Below, one piece after another: positions 36,027 through 48,619 of a stretch of 54,717 nucleotides of DNA. A program made the translations under genes and the position numbers. This stretch comes from Pelomyxa schiedti (taxonomy: Eukaryota; Protista; Evosea), in NCBI GenBank assembly GCA_020536535.1, contig JAHLWZ010000507.1, positions 1 to 54,717 on the forward strand. The letters are read 5' to 3'. Position 1 is the stretch's first letter; the number at the start of each line of letters is the position of its first letter. The notes beneath the pieces were generated by a model. It was given only the letters and a program-made list of their open reading frames with translations. It had not been told where the DNA came from and ran no database searches.

Positions 36027-37755
36027 ATGTCAAGTAAGAAGAGTACCAGTAGCGTGAGACTAACAGATCCCATAACAAACACCACTCACTAGGTTCTCTG
36101 TTTGGCCCGTCAGTAACCTCTCTGCCCCTGTTCGGTGCGCCGTCCACAGCGCCGCCGTTCGGCGCCCCGACGGGCGGCACGACCGGAATCCCACAATTCG
36201 GTGCCCCCACCACCACCACCGGCACCTCCTCCCTCTTTGGCGCCCCAAGCACCACTGCCCCTTCCACGTCGCTCTTCGGCGGCCCCACGGCCCCAGGCAC
36301 CACTGCCCCTCCTCTTTTTGGCGGCCCCACCACCCCCTCGATCTTCGGCAGCGGATCTACGGCCAACATCTTCGGCGGTCCTCCGGCCAGCACGGGCCCG
36401 GCCGCCACGCCGTCGCTGTTCGGAGGCGGCGCCGCGGCCACCGGGGCGGCCCCCCTGTTTGGCGGGGCAAGCCTGACGCCCGGCGGCATGGCCCCCTCCA
36501 TCTTCGGCGGCGGCGGCGCTGCGGCCGCCCCGCCCCCGCTGTTTGGCGGCTCTACTGCCGCCACTGGAGCGACCCCGACTCCCGGGTTGTTTGCTTCTAC
36601 GGCCACGTCTTCGCTGTTTGGTGGTGGTGGCGGCGGCTCTACGGCTGCGGCAGTTCCTCCATTTAGCGGGTTTGGGCCTGCGACTCCTTCCACCACAAGT
36701 GGGTTCGCTCCAAGTGGCGTCACTACTAGCACGGCCCCGACAGGTCCGTTATAATCCTTTTCCTTTTTTTTTTTTTTTTGTAATTTGACGGGAAATTTAG
36801 CACCCCAAGGTCCAGAAGCTACATTCACGTCACTCTACCAGAAGCTGTTTCCACAATCTCCCGAGTGCGTGTTGCAGGTAAAACTACAATCTTGTGATCT
36901 TGTGTCTTACTTCATCCAAGTTTACTTTCTTTGATGTTGTTCCAGATGGACAAGTTCCAAACCGAAACGATCCCAGATACCAACAATCATACGCTGACAA
37001 CCCTGATCCTGATAAGTATGTTTCCTTGTGCCATTTAAAATTAATAAGCAAACAGATTCGTTCCGGCCACTGTAGTTGGATTTGATCAGTTAGCGGCTCG
37101 AAGGGACTCCCAGTTGAGAATTCTGGACAACATGACACGGGCGTTAAGGGTTCATGTGATGACATAGAATAAGTTAATTCTAAAATATTTAAGGAAGCAG
37201 ATGAAACAGTGGAGGTTTTTGAAATCCAGCGAGAAACCAAGATCAAACCGCGAATCGCTAATTGTATCAAGACGTGGCAAGAGCAGTCCAACCAAATACT
37301 GAATGTTGTGCCAGGCTTGTGTGGTTAGGACTAACCAGAAATAGATAATGTGCAATATGGAGATGCTCCGGTGTCAAAGAAAACCTCTCACCAAAGAGGA
37401 GATGGATTTGTATGCACGGCTGGATAAGCTTTGCAGGAAAGCAAGTTCCCCTTCACTTAAGGTAGCACTTAGTATGCCCCTCAAGTGTCTTACGCATTAA
37501 TATACAGGATCGGGCTGTAGCAGTATCTCTCGAGGCACATACTGTTGACGCACAGGATGTGGACATACCCACACTTTCCCGTGAGAAGTTGCAACAGATT
37601 AAATCGGTATTCTTTCTTTATTTGCCACTCCTTCCAATCACCATTTGTAGTTCCTAGAAGACCAACAAAGAGCAATTGAAAAACTTGTGGAAACAGTACA
37701 AAGAGACAAATCCACCCTCTCAGTTGTTGCCAGTAACACCAACACACATTCGTAA
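36027..37755 (+). CDS. NUP54: FG nucleoporin Nup54/Nup57
   Basis: N-terminal (S)LFG/IFG repeats, then DNPDPDK/FVPATVVGFDQLAARR, R..PLTKEE..LYARL, and C-terminal coiled coil FLEDQQRAIEKLVETVQRD. Confidence 0.85.
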
Positions 37756-37826
37756 CAAATAAACAAAACAAAACAAAAAAAAAGGTTCTTGAAGAAGATT
37801 CCTTAACACTTGTTTTTCACATTTCT

Positions 37827-39177
37827 TTAGTGATACAAAGTAGTTTTGCCTTCTGCAAAATTGTGTGATGTCACCACCCTCACAATGATTTGTGCCATTT
37901 TCATACCCCCGACGCTGGAGGGCTCTATCTGATTGGCAAAGTCAGCCGGGTCGGTCATTATTTTGTCCAAGCATATGACAGGGAGGCCAAAGTGGCACGC
38001 CGCGTCGAGAATGACGCCGTTGATGGCCGAGAGTGCCATTCCGCTTACGGTGTCAATGGCAGCAAAGGGAGACTCTTCGGCGCCATCATCGGGGTGCTGA
38101 ACGATTGGAGCTTCGTTGTCAGAATCTTCCGAGTCGCTGCTTTCGGTTTCGGGGACAATGCCCTGAGGGGTGTGTAAAGGCAAAGTAGGAGTTGGATTTC
38201 TGTCAACACACAGTGCATAGAAGCTCCAGTGCCTCCTCGACGTTGAATGAACACATCTTGAGCGCTATTTTGGATTGAGGCTCAGGGAATCCCATGTTCG
38301 TGAGTTGATCCAGAAGTGCCTTGTCTATAGCGGGGGCCGCTTCAGTGTGTTTCTTGGGTTTGACTGTGGATGCGTCGGGAACTGCAGGTGCTACGGCTCC
38401 AAAAAAGTTGAATCCCGGCTGGAATTTGCCAAAGCAGGGTTTATACACTGTACACAAGCAAAGTGGGTGACCTGTAATGGAATTTGTTTGCATGTGTAAA
38501 AGAAAAAGCAGAACAAAACCACCTTTTGTAACAAGTTCAGTAACCAATGCAACATACGCATTTCTGAATTTAGCTACCACCTTTGCCAGAGAAATCAAAG
38601 CATCCTGCACTGTAGATACACGCACCTCGAGTACCTAAATCACAATTTAAAGGGGCAAAATCACTACATGAGCGAAAGTATTGTACTCCCACAACAAATC
38701 AACAAACAACAAAAGGAGGAGGGGAAAACCCCACCCCACCACCCATAATAAAAGCCCCAAAACTACAAAAACACCTACACCAAAACCCCGCAGCGCGTCG
38801 TTCCCCCCAGCGCTGAGCACCAAGTGCGTCGCGTCGCCGGGCACGCGCCCCACCTGCGCCTCCTCCACGCTGCTCACCACCGCCCCGTCCACGGCCACGC
38901 TCGTCGCCCGCCTCTCCGTCGCCGCCGTCGACGCCTCTGCATCGCCCTCCGTCGTCGTCGTCGTGAGGCTGCTGCTGGTTGTTGTGGCGAATCCACATGA
39001 TGACGATGACGAGGAAGAGGAAGAGGGGGAGGGGGAGGGGGGCGCGGAGTGGAGGACTTGGTTGACCTGGGCACAGACGTCGATGTCGTCGTTGATGTAG
39101 CGACGGTTGTCGAACACGCTGTCTCCCAGCAGAACCACGTGGATGTCGCGATTCCTACCTGCCAAGCCGTTGCTCAT
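37827..39177 (-). CDS. SGNH/GDSL hydrolase with an inserted UBA domain
   Basis: VVLLGDSVFDN, AVDGA, LSAGGND, CTVYKP, DFANQIEPSSVGG; UBA LLDQLTNMGFPEPQSKIALKMCSFNVEEALELL at ~38221-38329. Confidence 0.85.
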
Positions 39178-39397
39178 CGTGAAGTCTTTTCTTTGGAGGT
39201 TATTATTCGTATCCCTTTTTTACGTGAACTTTCTTCTGGGAAGGGGTCCCATAATGGCACTCGGGGGATGGAGTGCAGTCACCTTGGTGGAACCGAAACC
39301 CTCACAACAGACGTAAGGATGATTTTTATCTAGGTTTCGTATGTACCCTGCGAAAAACTAGAAAGAGCTTCTCTGATTTTTTTTCGTTTAGCTGGGG

Positions 39398-40977
39398 TCA
39401 TGGTAATTCATTAAACGGATTGAGGTTGACTGCAGTAGAGCTAGTCCCTGCATAGGACAACATTTCTTCAAATGTGGCTTTCCCAAGGGCATCCTCAAGA
39501 GTTAAAATGAGCGGGGGGTACTCCTTGGGGCATAAATTCTCCACAATCCACTGTGAATTCAAGTTCAGTGGGTCACCTGAACAGGTACCAAGGAACGCAA
39601 CCTTGATATGGGGTAAAAACACTATTTTGAAGAGGGGTAACTTTACATTGAGCTGCCCAATTTTCTGAATTTCTAGGCACTGTGAGGTATCTCCTGTTTG
39701 CTTTAATGTACAATCCTTTTGTTTTGGTTATTTCCTTATGGCTCATTTATAGGCATGCCTCCTCATAGGTCCAGCACTGGGACTGAACCTGACATGACGA
39801 CTGAGTGCACAAAATTTTGTGCCGGTCACCTGTATCACAGTTTGGGTCTACATCAATAACTAATCCAGTTTTAACATTGCACAGAGTTGCCCTCTCACCC
39901 CACTTCCATAGTTGAAGTGAAGTGCTTTTTTTTGGTGAGACAACTAGAGGTGTATTTACATCTTCTCCCTCATCTGTGAACAGAATGAAAAAAGTTATCG
40001 GCCTCGAAACGTCCACAAACCATATGGTTGAAGATATCCCTCTCCAGTCTTTGAAACTAGATAAAAACAACTGGAATCCTAAAAACGGGTAAGGGGAAGT
40101 GAATGCAAAAGAAGGAAAAGATACAGGAATTTCGTCTGTGAAAGGATTGCAGAATTCCAGAATTTCCAATATTCCTTTCATCTGGTATTTTGTTGCTAAC
40201 CTCTGAAATTCGAATGCACTGATTTTGTTACAATCTCCCTTTCTTCTGAGTACACCTTGAAGGTCTTGAGTTTGGAAGGGTAACAAGGGCACCAACCGGA
40301 ATTTAGATTTCGTTTTTGTGAGGCAGACAAACTTTCCCAGAAGTGAACTTGGAAGGCGTTACAAAATAATGAGTACTCCACATCAACTTCCGCTGTTCCT
40401 ATTTGGGTGGACCAAAAATTTGCTGCCACCTTCAAACAAATCAGTTCACCAAAGAAGATGAAAGTGAAGAGAACCTGATCTAAGATTATACACGCCATAT
40501 TTGGTGGCTTTCCCTCTGTAAGACTCCTCAATTTGACAATAACATCCAAAATAGACTGCAATTTAGTTGTACTGCCCTGAAGCTTTCCAGCAATACTGAT
40601 GGCATTTATGTTTACCTTCATATTAATCATTACAAGCTCCATTTGGTGTTAATTTGTATTAGTTGCCTTTAAATCAACAAGGTACCGAAGTTTCTAAACA
40701 ACGGACGTATTCGTTATACAGCCGCGTTGCCTCCTGAATCTCTGTTAAAAGTAAGTCCAGCATAGGGGCAATCTAAATCTAAGGTAAATTGCTAAAGCAA
40801 AGTAGTAGTGCCAGTTGTATGTATGTTAGAGTACCGCTTGTTCACAAGCTTCGTTGTTCTTGAGGGGAACAATGACAGCCTCCAACGATTTAGTGAGACC
40901 AGCCAACTCTTCCAGAACCTGTTTATGTTTTAAGACAGAATGAAAGAAGCAAAAACCCATTGTGTGTTTTCATTCAT
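39398..40977 (-). CDS. Helical bundle + Cbl-type EF-hand + ricin-B lectin domain protein
   Basis: Spliced MNENTQWVLEELAGL..(about 100 aa helical), AANFWSTQIG..F..KISAFEFQRL, then three QxW motifs (QLW, QCW, SQW). Confidence 0.65.
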
Positions 40978-41523
40978 TTTTGTTCTTTTTTTTGAACGGG
41001 GCGACGCGTACACAAGGAATGGATTTGTTAGCTTTGTACCACTGCATGGTGAGATCATAAACTAGCTTGCCCAGACCCCATACGGCCTCCAATCCTTGCA
41101 CAACGTCGCACATCTTCGAATTTGAATCGTTTCACGATCAATGGTTTTTATGGGAATTGTCTGTTCTTGATGAGTGCTTCCTGCAAAGTTGTAACCTGTC
41201 GTTTGGCAATGGAGCTAGCGAATCACAGGCAGCGAGATGCAAGACCATCGCAGCTCCTCCCCCCCCAAGTTATCTGGGCCGTCCGGTCGCTTCCTGTCCC
41301 TCGAATCCAGGAGGCAGCTATGGTTCGAGAGGGCGCGCATCATCGCGTCGATTGTCGGCGAGGACGGCGGTGACGGACACACAAGCACAGGCACTGCCAA
41401 CAGAGCCACAAGGAGAATGCCCAACCCACACATGCAACAGGACGTGCATGGATAAGATAAGGGTCGTTCTTACCAAAACAACGACTGCAGTGCACTCATG
41501 GATCGTCATGTTACGCGCCCACG

Positions 41524-42482
41524 ATGCGCGCGGAAACAGGCGGCTCTGGACCGGGGGGAATGGGCGAAGCAACGCAGGACGCCGTGGAGGAAATGCCAGC
41601 GATTCCCGATGGTGTTGCTGATGACGGAGAACAGAGGGAAAAGTTAGAGACAGTGGTGATGGGATTCTGCATGAAGAGACCGGGTGTTCCAGCCAACTGG
41701 GAAGTACGGCTATCAGAGACCCTCCATGTCTGGCTCCCCCCTCTCGATGTTTCATCCTATTCTTCAGATTAAACCCAGAATTAATTTCACACTCACTCCA
41801 ACGCAGGAAGATTAAATACAAGTGGCGGAAAACCAAATCACGAAGTTCAGGCAGAGAAGGTGCGTCTCGTGGGCAAGGGAGCGCATGGCCACCGATGTAA
41901 CTTGCACACTAGTTTCCACTGCGTTCAATCATGGTCTGATTAGTATTCGCCAGAGGTCTGTGCAATCATGAAGTCTGCCAGGTGGAAATTGATACAAATG
42001 ACAAACCCACCAACTTCATATTCCCTCATCCAAAAACTACCGCATAATAATCGATATTTAGGATCATGCAATTTCATGGCCCAGCGGGCTGCATCGTTCC
42101 TGTGCGGTGTACACCCCCGTGCGGGGAAGGACAGCCCTCTTTCCTTCTTGGAATTGATATTTTGAGGCACATCTTGATGCTCCATGGACGATTCAAGTGC
42201 CCTGAGCCGGACTGCATGCACAGAGAGCCGCTCCACACAGACTTTGAAAGATCTTTTGATATGTCTTTCAACAAATGGCTACTCTCAACCAAATTCGCAC
42301 TCTGTGCATTTGGGAACTTTGATGCTGATGAGTACAAATCTGACAACGCATTTCATGCCCGTATGCATTCAAAACTGGCGCAAACTCAAATCCCTAACCT
42401 CCAATCAGTCATTTATGCTCTTGCTTATGAATGCGGACCCTGTATCTCTCTTTACGCTTTTGTCACTGGTGTGTTGGATTAA
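41524..42482 (+). CDS. Hypothetical protein with a possible C2H2-like zinc finger
   Basis: Exons can splice to SCNFMAQRAASFLHILMLHGRFKCPEPDC..; the 5' structure is unresolved. Confidence 0.3.
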
Positions 42483-43259
42483 ACCTCTCCATTTTCTTTC
42501 TTATTGTTTAAGTTAGAGTGAGGGTAGAACTCTCTTAGAGTTAACAGAAGCTTGGAAATATTCGGTGCTCTACATTTCTGACGTGCGGGGTGTATGCATG
42601 CACTCCTCAAGAGATTCATTCCTATCAGGCAACATTGGACGCTCTTTGGCGTTCTGTCATACCGCGAGGAGTCGAAGGTTTGTGGATTCACAAAATGACC
42701 TTATCTTACCAGCACGTTCCGCGCATGCTGACGGGTATGTGCAAACAAACCATCAATGCAGGAATGCAAGTGTCCCAGCAACCGCACCCAACACGCAAAA
42801 AACCTTCAAACAAAAAGAAACTCCTTTCTTCCATTTTCTTTTGTTGTGGTTTGGTTTCAAAAAGGAAGGTGTTTACTGGTGCGAGGGTGATGCCGTTTCA
42901 GGCGCCGAACCGGCACCAAAACACCAAACTGTGCCATCTAAAAACCACGTGGAGGAAACACGCTGCACTCTGCACTCAAATTCCGCTCCTATCTATATGT
43001 TCTGTTGTCAAAGTAAGTAACGTGGGTTAATAATTAATGGTTGAATTGACTCTGATAGCAGGCACTTAGCCTCGCCTCTCTGTGCAATAGAGAGGTGGCT
43101 TGTAGGGGAACCTCTTCACCCTCACTGAGTGAGGCTGGTGCTGAGCACGAGGCATTAATAATATTTTCCCCCGCCTGGAATATCAGGTTGCATTGCAAGA
43201 AGAATATAGAATATCCCAACTCCACCCAAACAAATTCCCAGCACCAAAAATGCACACCG

Positions 43260-43355
43260 CACTCCAAATTGCCACCACCCCAAACTGCACCAAACTCCCA
43301 CTGACACTCCAAATGCTTGCTCCCTCCAAATGCGCCCTTCTTGCTCCAAATGCTC
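43260..43355. repeat. Degenerate CTCCAAAT(GC) direct repeats
   Basis: Copies at ~43262, 43307, 43324 and 43344 in a C/A-rich intergenic stretch. Confidence 0.55.
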
Positions 43356-43526
43356 AATACAAGTGCTGTATTCATTATGGCTGCTCTATGCATGATCCTC
43401 ACTGTAGGTCGCCTTTCTTTGTTGCTGTTCCCGCCTCCAATGTTTTTATTTTTTTTATCCTTTTGTTCTTTTTTTTTCTTAAAAATTGCGCAAAACGAAA
43501 TTTTTCTGGGAAATTCCCAGAAATTA

Positions 43527-43823
43527 ATGGCAAAAAATGCTGAACCAACTTGCGAAGTCAACACTGACACAATACAAACGGCCAAGGCAAAGTTTGAAGA
43601 AGCTCATAACAAGGCAATTGGAAAAAAAAAAAGAACAAGTTTGAAAGAAGAACAGTGTGTTTTCTATTTTTTTCTGATGCCAACAACCAGAGGCAAGTGC
43701 CACCACACGAGCACGGAAAGGAAGTGTGTCTTGGCAGGCAAAGGGTGTCCTTTTCCCCCAGCTCGATCTGGTCCCAAGTTGGCCAAACCAGTGGCACAAC
43801 ACGAAACGAGAGGAGGGGGATAG
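43527..43823 (+). CDS. Small basic hypothetical protein
   Basis: MAKNAEPTCEVNTDTIQTAKAKFEEAHNKAIGKKKR.. with a probable short GT-AG intron; no recognisable domain. Confidence 0.25.
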   Translation: MAKNAEPTCEVNTDTIQTAKAKFEEAHNKAIGKKKRTSLKEEQCVFYFFLMPTTRGKCHHTSTERKCVLAGKGCPFPPARSGPKLAKPVAQHETRGGG

Positions 43824-43946
43824 AGCCCTTACATACCACATTCAACAAGACTCCTTTCACTTTCCTTGTGTGCTCTGTGCGGCCGCGCCGGTGCCCCTTT
43901 GTGGTGGTTGTTGTCTGATTATGGGATCGTAGTGGTGGTGCTTTGT

Positions 43947-45455
<1,509 letters not shown>

Positions 45456-48025
45456 TTATTAATTAATCTTGCGGGAATACGTATAAGCGCGTACCATTTT
45501 CGATATCGGTGCTAGCCATGGCTGAGATCTACCAACAACTAAGTTGTTTTTTTCTTCTTTTTATTGTGCTTGAACTCTTTTGCCCCCTGGGGTTAAAAGG
45601 ACGGACAACAGAGGTTATGAGAATCCCGCTGTAAAGTAACAACGAAAAGCCCTGGGATCGAAAAACACAGTTTTTCGCGGGTGGGTCAGCGAATGGGCCC
45701 ACTAGAAGACCCAGTCACTGATGTTCAAAATTCGTCCCTCAGCGGGGCTTCCTCAGTGCCCGACATTTTTACAGAAGAGGTGACCAGAAGTTAGAGTCTG
45801 TGAATTTGAAATTTTCCTTGCTTCTTTGGCGTTTGGTTGCATCACACTCTGCTTTTGGTGGTGTTATGATGGTGTGGCTGAAATGTTCTCAGCTGTACTA
45901 CTCCGTGTTCTCTGTGTTTGTTTGGTGTTGGTGAAAGGAGGGTATTTTTCAACACAAGGGGGCACAGTTCTGTGACCCTATGGGCAGTGAGAAGCAATAA
46001 GGATTATCATGTTCTGTCGGTACTTGTTCTGTTGTCCATGGTGGTGTTAGTTGGATATTCTGGTCAGTGTAGTACTTGAGTTTTCCATTTTTCCTCTGTT
46101 ACACAGAGAGATTCTTTGATGCTATCTAACACAACAGTCGAGACTTGCAAGGATCCAGGTAATGAGAACTGTGCACAGTGTATTATTAACTTCAGTACCT
46201 GACTCATTTACTTGATTCCTTTCGGGTGATTCAACAGTATCCTTCACGCTTTCATTTTCGAATTCCGGTGCCGTCACTTCATGCTTTAAACAGTGAACTT
46301 TTATTCACATGGCGCTCGAATTCGTATGGGCACCGTTGTAGAATATCGAAGAAAAAACCTGAATTGTGTCGTAGAAATAACAATAACACTGACGTGCTAG
46401 AACTGATCAATTGAGAGAGCCAATTGGTTTATCTTGACGTGAAAATGACCCAGTTTGATCTGCTCGTCGCGCCACCCTCTGCAAAAGCTCATCGTTGTGC
46501 TCTCCCATAATGCTGCATGCACCTACTGCGCCTTTCCCAGCCCTTATCGCCTTCGCTCGTCACGTTTTGTTTTCGGGCCTTCGCCGAATTTTGCATCAAT
46601 GCCGGCAAGGTTGATGATGATGGGGTGCTCTATGATCTTGCCACATTATTAACTAAAACCCAATACAAAGAAAAGAAAGTGCATAATTGAGTCATCAGTC
46701 ATCACTATACCTAGCACATTAATAAGCGTGGATGGGTGTTGCCGTGACGAAAGATGTGAAGGTGATGATGAGGTCACAACAGCGAGATATCGTGTGTACC
46801 GGGTGTGTGGAGGAGCGGCCGGCGGATTATGGGAGGTTATGGTGATGATTGCTGAGGAGACAGAGCAGACCCCGGCTGACAGTTTACGTAGTATAAAGGC
46901 TCTGTGCCGGCAGGAGGAAACGTAAGGCAAGTCTCTGTCTGTGGTTTTCTGTGAGTTTTCATGCATTGGGAATTGTGGGAGTTTGTGTGTTGCGGGAGAG
47001 TATATAATAATATAATAATTGCCGTACAAGAGTAAGAACCTTTGGAAAAGGAGCAACGTAATCACGTATCTACGTAAATCACGACATAGATCTTTACTAG
47101 AAATGCTCTTTAAAAAGAAAAACAATCACAGATTCGTCAACTCAGAGGCATTGCTTTCTGTTTGTGAAAGATGACTGAGGCAAAGTAAGTTCAGGAGTTG
47201 CTGTTGTTGTTGTGGGACTTACGTCTTAGGTCTGATTTTCTTGTTTCCATCTCTGAGATTTCATTTTGGCATGAATTTTCCTTAGAATGTTAGACTGAAG
47301 GAGATTTCTTTTCTTTTTTATAAACTGTGCAGGGGAGTGATGTAAACGGTTCAGTTGCAAATGCATTCTCGATTGATAATAAACATATAAAAGCCTGCGG
47401 TTTCGAAGGCATTTTTTACATTTTATTCCGTTTACCATTTGCTTCGTGTTTGACGAGAGATGAATACTATTGTCGCATTCGTGTTTGCGTTGCTGACAAA
47501 CGTGCTGGAGACGATCGCGCTTGCGGCACTCGGCTGCTGGGTGTCGATAGCGTCTGTATGCGTCATGGCTGGTATCGCAAGGTTCGTTCCTCCAGCCCTC
47601 GCTTGCATTTTGTTTTATTTCATTTTTTTGTTTGTTGTCGCCCATTCCAACGGGGTCACTCTATTGCGTCAAAACCCACGCACTGCACCATCGCGTTTGC
47701 CCTTTCTTTGTGGTGTTTGATTTGTTCTGATTTTTTGTTTTCGTGGTTGTTGGTCTTTACAGTAATAACTAACCGCCAACAGGGAAGTGTGCGTATGGCT
47801 CACAAACCACGCCTTCTCGCCGCTATGGAGAGTGTGTTTACTTGTACTCTTTTCCGCCGATTTTTAGATGCCAAAGACAGTGGTGTGTGCAGCAGCGTGC
47901 AAATGGGGATGGGGTGTTTTGTGGTGTGATGGATGGCGTGATATTGGAGGCTCTCTGTGGCAACTGACTGCATATGATGGAAGCAAGCAATTCGTATTGC
48001 ACATTCCCATTTAAAACTTAACAAA

Positions 48026-48139
48026 CATGAAGTGCCACTTGCCGTTTTTTGGCTCGGCTAATAATAATGCTCTCAATCATGAATGCCACTTGCCGTTTTT
48101 TTGGCTCGGCTAATTAATTGTAACTTTCTGAATGCCACT
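48026..48139. repeat. Imperfect direct repeat of ~37 bp (2 copies plus a partial third), period ~52 bp
   Basis: catgaa(g)tgccacttgccgtttttt(t)ggctcggctaat at 48026 and 48078; tgaatgccact at 48129. Confidence 0.85.
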
Positions 48140-48619
48140 CAAGGCACAGTGGGAGCAATGTTGAACATGGGGAACCCCTGGGCGTGCAGTTGCACACAGA
48201 GAATCATGTAACATGTGTACTATGTGTAGAGAGGTATGAATGGTCTATGTATCTCCACGTGTTTTTAAATCTTTGTTAGGCTATGAGGAGGATAATGCTC
48301 CCTGTGCACACACAAGGCAGAAGGAAGGTGGGATTGGAAAGCGAACTAATCTCGTAACCCATGTTTCTCGGGTTGGCCCATAACGTGCTCTCTTTTTCGG
48401 TTTCTGTGTTTTTGGTTTCGGTGCTTTTCTTGAGGTAGTCCTAGTTCCTTTCCAAATACATCTCCCGGCTGTTCCATTCTTTCCTTCTTTATTTTATTTT
48501 TTGCGATTGACAAGAGATCGAAAAAGATAAAAACAAAACAGAAAACAAAGTGGTGGGTGGTATCACCGGCGGGGCAGGAGATCCATTGACGAGATCCACA
48601 AACCACAAACCAGTCACAA

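Noticed and set aside
48026-48139. Mini CRISPR array
   Set aside because: Only two full repeats, a 15-bp spacer, eukaryotic context and no cas genes.
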